Notes under the pieces: generated by a model
Databases searched by the model: none
Told to the model about the DNA's origin: nothing
What the model saw: the letters and a program-made list of their open reading frames with translations, nothing else
Part shown: positions 56,901 through 64,000 of the stretch, in pieces
Layout of the letters: each line of letters begins with the position of its first letter
Numbering within the stretch: the first letter of the stretch is position 1
Made by a program: the position numbers and the translations under genes
DNA from: the human T2T-CHM13v2.0 reference genome, Homo sapiens
Assembly: GCF_009914755.1 (NCBI RefSeq)
Contig: NC_060940.1
Reading direction: 5' to 3' (one strand)
Length of the DNA stretch: 64,000 nt

Positions 56901-59316
56901 CCATTCTATTCTATTCAATGGTGATTCCATTCGAGTACATTAGATGATTCCATTCGATTCCATTCAATGATGATTCTATTTGTGTCCCTTAGATGATTCC
57001 ACATGATTCCATTAGATGATGATACTATTTGAGCCCATCCAATGATTCCCTTCGATTCCATTCGATGAGGATTCCATTCGATTCAATTCATTGGTGATTC
57101 TATTCAATTCAATTCTTTGATTCCATTCCATTCCATTCGACAATGATTCCATTCGATTTCTTTCGATGATTCCACTCGATTCCACTTGACATTGATTCCA
57201 TTCGATTCCATTCAATGATTCCATTTGATTCCAGTGGATGATGATTGCCATCGATTCCATTCGATCACTCCATTCTATTCCATTTGATGATGATTACATT
57301 CGATTCCATTTGATGATTCCATCTGATTCTATTCGAGGATTCCATTTGATTCCATTCGATGATGATTCCATTCGAGTCCATTCGATGATTTCATTCGAGT
57401 ACATCCAATGATTCCATTCGAGTCCATTAGATGATTCCATTTGATTCCATTTGAAAATGATTCTACTAGAGTCCATTCAATGACTCCATTCGAGTCCATT
57501 CAACAATTCCATTCGACTCCATTCGATGATTCCATTCGATTCCATTTGATGGTTCCATTCGAGTCCATTTAATCATTACAGTCGAGTCCATTTGGTGATT
57601 CCACTGGATTTCCTTTGATAATGATACCATTCAATTACATTTGATGATGATCCCATTCAATTTCATTTGATGATGATTCCATTAGAGTCCATTCGATGAT
57701 TTCATTCGAGTCCCTTCATTGATTCCATCCGATTTCATTGGATGATGACTCCATTCGAGTCCATTCGATGATTCCACTCGATTCCATTAGATGACTCCAT
57801 TGGAGTCCATTTGATTGTTCCATTCGATTCCATTCGATTCCCTTCGAAGATTATTCCATTTGAGTCCATTCGATGATGATTCCATTCCATTCCATTCGAT
57901 GATTCCGTTTGATTCCATTCGATGATTCCCTTCGATTCCTTTCTTTGATGATTCCATTCCATTCCATTCAATGATTCCATTCGAATCTATTCCATGATGA
58001 TTCCTTTCGATTCCATTCGCTGATGTTTCCGTTCAATTCCATTCGATGATGATTCCATTCGATTCCATTCATTGAGGATTCCATTTGATTGCATTCAATG
58101 ATGATTCCATTCTATTCCATTCAATGATTGCATTCAATTCCATTCAATGATTATCCCATTAGAGTAAACTCAACGATTCCATTCAATACCATTCGATGAT
58201 GATTCCTTTTGAGTCCATTCAATGATTTCATTCAAGTCCATTTGATGATTCCTTTCAATTCCATTCTCTGATGATTCCATTCGAGTCCATTCGATGATTC
58301 CATTCGATTGCATTCGATGATTCCATTATATTCCATTCAACGGTGATTCCATTCGATTCCATTCGATGATTCCATTTGATTCCATGCGACGGTGAGCAAT
58401 TCGATTCAATTCCATGATGATTCTATTTGATTCAATTAGATGATGTTTCCATTCGAATCCATTCCATGATTATTCCATTGGAATCCATTCGGCGATGATT
58501 CCATATGAGTCAATTCAATGATGATTCCATATGGGTCCGTTCGATGATAATTCCATTTGATTTCATTCGATGCTTCTATTCTATTCCAGTCGATGATGAT
58601 TCCGTTGGAGTCCATACGATGATTCCATTTGATTTCATTTGATGATGATTCCATTCGATGATGATTACATTGGATTCCATTCTATGATTCCATTCAATTC
58701 CATTCGTTGATGATTCGATTCCATTCAATGATGATTCCATTTGAGTTCATTCGATGATTCTATTCGATTCCGTTCGATGGTGATTCAATTCTATTATATT
58801 GGATGATTCCAGTCGATTCCATTTGATGATTATTCCATTAGAGTCCACTTAGTGAATCCTTTAGATTCTACTCGACGATGATTCCATTCGAGTCCATTCG
58901 ATGATACCATTCAATTCCATTCGTTGATGCTTCCATTCAAGTGCATTCGATGATATCATTCGATTCCATTTGATGATAATTCCATTTGATTCCATGCGAT
59001 GATTCTATTCGATTCCATTCAATGATAATTCCATTCAATTCAGTGATTCCTCTGGACTCCATTTGATGATGATTCCATTCAATGATTCCATTCGATTCTA
59101 TTCGAAAATGATTCCATTTGAATCCATTTGATGATGATTCCATTAGATTCCATTTGATGATTCCATTCGATTCCATTCGATGATGATTCCATTCGATTCC
59201 GTTTGATGATTCCATTCTATTCTATTCGATGATGATTCCATTCGATTCCATTCGATGATGATTGGATTCGATTCCATTTGATGATTTCATTTGATTCCAT
59301 TCGTTAATGATTTCGA
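53958..59316 (+). repeat. HOR unit U10, 5359 bp (6112 -49 -704)
   Basis: There is a 49-bp deletion at ~54731-54736 and a 704-bp deletion at 58344-58356. Confidence 0.9.
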
Positions 59317-62300
59317 TCAATTCCATTCGATGATTCCATTCGATTCCATTCGATAATGATTACATCCGAGTCCATTCGATGATTCCCTTTGAGCCTGTTC
59401 GATAATTCCATTTGAGTCCAACCAATGATTCCATTCATTTCCATTCAATGATTCCATTCGAGTCCATTTGATCATTCCGGTAGGGTCCATTCGATGTTGA
59501 TTCCATTGGAGTGCATTCGATGATTCCATTCGAGTCCATTTTAGGATTTGATTCGAGTCCTTTCGATGATTCCATTCGATTCCACTCGATGATGATTTCA
59601 TTCGAGTCCATTCGACACTTCCAATCGATTCCATTTGATGATTCCATTCGAGTCCAATTGATGATTCCATTCAATTCCATTCGATGATGATTCCGTACGA
59701 TTCCATTCTGTGATGATTCCATGTGATTGCATTCAATGATGATTCCTTTCGATTGCATTCGATTATGATTCATTTCGTGTTCATTCTATGGTTCCACAGG
59801 TTTCCATTCGTGTCCATTCCATTATTCCATTCTATTCCATTTGATGATGATTCCATTCGATTCCATTCATTGGTGATTCCACTCAATTCCATTCAATGAT
59901 TCCATTCCATTTCTTTCAACAATGATTCCATTAGTTTCTAATCGATGATCCACTTGATTCCATTTGACGACGATTCCATTCTTGTCCATTCGATGATTCC
60001 ATTTGATTCCATATGATGATGATTCCATTCGATTCCATACCATGATGATTCCATTCGAGTCCATTCAATGGTGATTCCATTCAATTCCATTCGATGATTC
60101 CTTTTGATTCCATTCGATGATGATGGCATTCGATTCCTTTCGATCATTCCCTTTGATTCCATTCAAAGGAGATTTCATTCAAGTCCATTCGATAATTGCA
60201 TTCGATTCCATTCTATGATGATTCCATTCGAGTCTATTTGATGATTCCATTCAATTCAAGTCAATGATGATTCCATTCGATTCCATTCGATGATTCCATT
60301 GGATTCCATTCGATGATGATTCCATTCAAATCCATTCGATAATTCAATTCAAGTCCATTCGATGATGATTCCAATCGAATCCATTCAAAGATTCCATTCA
60401 GTTCCATTCGATGATTCCCTTAGATTCCATTCGATGATTCCACTTGATTGCATTTACGATGATTCCATTCGATTCCATGTGATGATTCCATTCAATTCTA
60501 TTCAATGATGTCTCCATTTGATTCCATTCGACCATGATTGCCTTTGATTCCATTCAATGATTCCATTCGGTTCCGTTTGATGATGATTCCGTTCGATTCC
60601 ATTTGATGATTCCATTTGATTCCATTGGATGAGTCCATTCGATTACATTCGATGATTATTCCATTCGAGTGCATTAGATGATTCCATTCGAGTCCATTCG
60701 ATGATTCCATTCGATTCCATTCGATGTTGATTCTGTTCAAATCCATTCGATGATTCCACTCGATTCCATTCGTTGACTCCATTTGATCCCATTCGATGAT
60801 TTCCTTTGATTCCCTTTGATGATCATTCCATTTGATTCAATTCGGTGATTTCATTTGATTCCATTCAGTGATGTTTCCATTCGACTCCATTCGATGATGA
60901 TTCCATTCGACTCCATTCGATTATGATTTCATTCAATTCCATTCGATAATGATTCCCTTCGAGTCCATTCGATGATTCCATTCGATTCCATTCAACGATG
61001 ATTTGATTCGTGTCCATTCGATGATTCCATTTGATTCCACTTGATGATGATTCCATTCGAGTCCATTTGATGATTCCATTCAATTCCATACTCCGATGAT
61101 TTCTTTTGAGCCCACTCAATGCTTCCACTCGATTCCATATGATGATGACTCCATTCGATGAAATTCGATGATGATTCCATTCGCTTGTTTTCGATGATGA
61201 TTCCACTTGAGTCCGTTAGAAGGTTCTATTCAATTACATTCCATGACGATTCCGTTCGAGTCCATTTGATGATTCCATTAGACTCCATTCGACGATGATT
61301 CCATTCGATGTTATTCGATGATTCCATTCGATCTCATTCGATGATGATTCCATTCAACTCCATTCGATGTTTCCATTCGAGTTCATTCTATTATTCCATT
61401 AGATTCCATTCGATGATGATTCCATTCGATTCCATTTGATGATTGCATTCTATTTCATTTGATGATGATTCCATTCGAGTCCACTCGATGATTCCATTCG
61501 AGTCCATTTAATGAATCCATTGGTTTCGATTCTATGATGATTACATTGGATTCCATTCGTTGATGATTTCATTCGGTTCCATTCAATGATGATTCCATTC
61601 AATTCCTTTCAATGTTTCCATTCAATTCCATACGATGATGATTCCATTTGATTTGATTCGACAGTGAGCCATTCGATTCAATTCCATGATGATTCTATTT
61701 GATTCAATTGGTTGACATTTCCATTCGATTCCATTCGATGATGATTCCCTTTGATTCCGTTCAAAGATGATTCCATTCTAGCCCATTCAATCATTCCATT
61801 CGATTCTATTCAATGATGATTCCATTCATGTCGATTTGGTGATTCCATTTGACTTCATTTGATGATGATTCCTTTCAAGTTCATTAGATGATTCCATTCG
61901 ATTCCATTTGATGATGATCCCATTCGAGTCCATTCAGTGATTCCATTCGTTTCCATTCCATGATGATTCCATTCCTTTCCATTCAATGATTCCATTCGAT
62001 TCCGTTTGATGATGATTTCATTCGAGTCCATTTGATGATTCCATTTGATTCCATTCGATGATGATTCCATTCGAGTCCATTCGATGATTCTATTCGAATC
62101 CATTTGATGATTTCTTTTGATTATATTTGGTGATGATTCCATTGGAGTCCATTCAATGATTCCATTCTATTCCAATCGATGATGATTCCATTAGAGTCCA
62201 TTTAATGATTCCATTTGATTCCAGTCTCTGATGATTACATTCGAGTCCATACGATGATTCCACTCAATTCCATATGATGATGATTCCATTTGATTCCATT

Positions 62301-64000
62301 CGGTGATTCCATTCTATTCTATTCAATGGTGATTCCATTCGAGTACATTAGATGATTCCATTCGATTCCATTCAATGATGATTCTATTTGTGTCCCTTAG
62401 ATGATTCCACATGATTCCATTAGATGATGATACTATTTGAGCCCATCCAATGATTCCCTTCGATTCCATTCGATGAGGATTCCATTCGATTCAATTCATT
62501 GGTGATTCTATTCAATTCAATTCTTTGATTCCATTCCATTCCATTCGACAATGATTCCATTCGATTTCTTTCGATGATTCCACTCGATTCCACTTGACAT
62601 TGATTCCATTCGATTCCATTCAATGATTCCATTTGATTCCAGTGGATGATGATTGCCATCGATTCCATTCGATCACTCCATTCTATTCCATTTGATGATG
62701 ATTACATTCGATTCCATTTGATGATTCCATCTGATTCTATTCGAGGATTCCATTTGATTCCATTCGATGATGATTCCATTCGAGTCCATTCGATGATTTC
62801 ATTCGAGTACATCCAATGATTCCATTCGAGTCCATTAGATGATTCCATTTGATTCCATTTGAAAATGATTCTACTAGAGTCCATTCAATGACTCCATTCG
62901 AGTCCATTCAACAATTCCATTCGACTCCATTCGATGATTCCATTCGATTCCATTTGATGGTTCCATTCGAGTCCATTTAATCATTACAGTCGAGTCCATT
63001 TGGTGATTCCACTGGATTTCCTTTGATAATGATACCATTCAATTACATTTGATGATGATCCCATTCAATTTCATTTGATGATGATTCCATTAGAGTCCAT
63101 TCGATGATTTCATTCGAGTCCCTTCATTGATTCCATCCGATTTCATTGGATGATGACTCCATTCGAGTCCATTCGATGATTCCACTCGATTCCATTAGAT
63201 GACTCCATTGGAGTCCATTTGATTGTTCCATTCGATTCCATTCGATTCCCTTCGAAGATTATTCCATTTGAGTCCATTCGATGATGATTCCATTCCATTC
63301 CATTCGATGATTCCGTTTGATTCCATTCGATGATTCCCTTCGATTCCTTTCTTTGATGATTCCATTCCATTCCATTCAATGATTCCATTCGAATCTATTC
63401 CATGATGATTCCTTTCGATTCCATTCGCTGATGTTTCCGTTCAATTCCATTCGATGATGATTCCATTCGATTCCATTCATTGAGGATTCCATTTGATTGC
63501 ATTCAATGATGATTCCATTCTATTCCATTCAATGATTGCATTCAATTCCATTCAATGATTATCCCATTAAAGTAAACTCAACGATTCCATTCAATACCAT
63601 TCGATGATGATTCCTTTTGAGTCCATTCAATGATTTCATTCAAGTCCATTTGATGATTCCTTTCAATTCCATTCTCTGATGATTCCATTCGAGTCCATTC
63701 GATGATTCCATTCGATTGCATTCGATGATTCCATTATATTCCATTCAACGGTGATTCCATTCGATTCCATTCGATGATTCCATTTGATTCCATGCGACGG
63801 TGAGCAATTCGATTCAATTCCATGATGATTCTATTTGATTCAATTAGATGATGTTTCCATTCGAATCCATTCCATGATTATTCCATTGGAATCCATTCGG
63901 CGATGATTCCATATGAGTCAATTCAATGATGATTCCATATGGGTCCGTTCGATGATAATTCCATTTGATTTCATTCGATGCTTCTATTCTATTCCAGTCG
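59317..64000 (+). repeat. Partial HOR unit U11, 5408-bp variant (6112 -704)
   Basis: It has the same 704-bp deletion at 63752-63764. Landmarks 57735 and 63143 are 5408 bp apart. Confidence 0.88.

Larger units (their letters stand above)
1..64000 (+). repeat. Human Satellite 2 (HSat2/HSATII) pericentromeric array, CATTC-rich strand on +; probably the HSat2B subfamily with ~6.1-kb HOR (chr16q11.2-type)
   Basis: The entire window is degenerate ATTCCATTCG(A/G)TTCCATTCGATG(ATG), with abundant CATTCGATTC and TCGA and ATG punctuation. This is the diagnostic HSat2 pattern, unlike HSat3's long pure (CATTC)n. The subfamily and chromosome assignment rests on recalled literature for a 6.1-kb HSat2 unit and is less certain than the family call. 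Confidence 0.97.

Noticed and set aside
612-63388. About 140 short, almost all minus-strand ORFs with MESSNGIEWNH-like repeats
   Set aside because: They are translations of GGAAT/CGAAT repeats. ATG is abundant and stops are scarcer on the - strand. They overlap in several frames, are freely broken by frameshifts and show no domain or gene structure.
1-64000. CRISPR-like 23-26 bp periodicity
   Set aside because: There are no unique spacers, leader or cas genes; the sequence between repeats is the same satellite.
1-64000. HSat3 or alpha satellite identity
   Set aside because: There are no long (CATTC)n runs and no 171-bp monomer. CATTCGATTC with GATGAT punctuation indicates HSat2.
1-64000. 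Possible inversion or Alu/L1 insertion
   Set aside because: The CATTC strand stays on + throughout. I saw no GGAAT-rich switch, poly-A tail or non-satellite segment, and all unit lengths are accounted for by the listed indels.

Overview
The whole 64 kb window is one uninterrupted, single-orientation array of human (or great-ape) pericentromeric Satellite 2 (HSat2/HSATII). It is built from degenerate ATTCC/ATTCG pentamers punctuated by GATG(ATG), giving 23-bp and 26-bp basic units. These are nested in a ~6.11-kb higher-order repeat (HOR). Landmark spacing gives unit lengths of 6063, 6118, 6066, 6066, 6040, 6111, 6113, 3848, 6040, 5359 and 5408 bp, and every one is explained as a 6112-bp canonical unit plus identifiable indels. 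From memory, this period matches the HSat2B array at chr16q11.2 (unverified here). I saw no genes, transposons or inversions, and the ORF track is a translation artefact of the satellite. I found no evidence of a novel gene-based system. The features of interest are structural: three independent large deletions that use one ~20-bp breakpoint element, homology-flanked deletions sized in 23/26-bp steps, a diverged ~1.15-kb patch with two CC>AA doublets, variants shared between non-adjacent units, and dense DUX4-type motifs.
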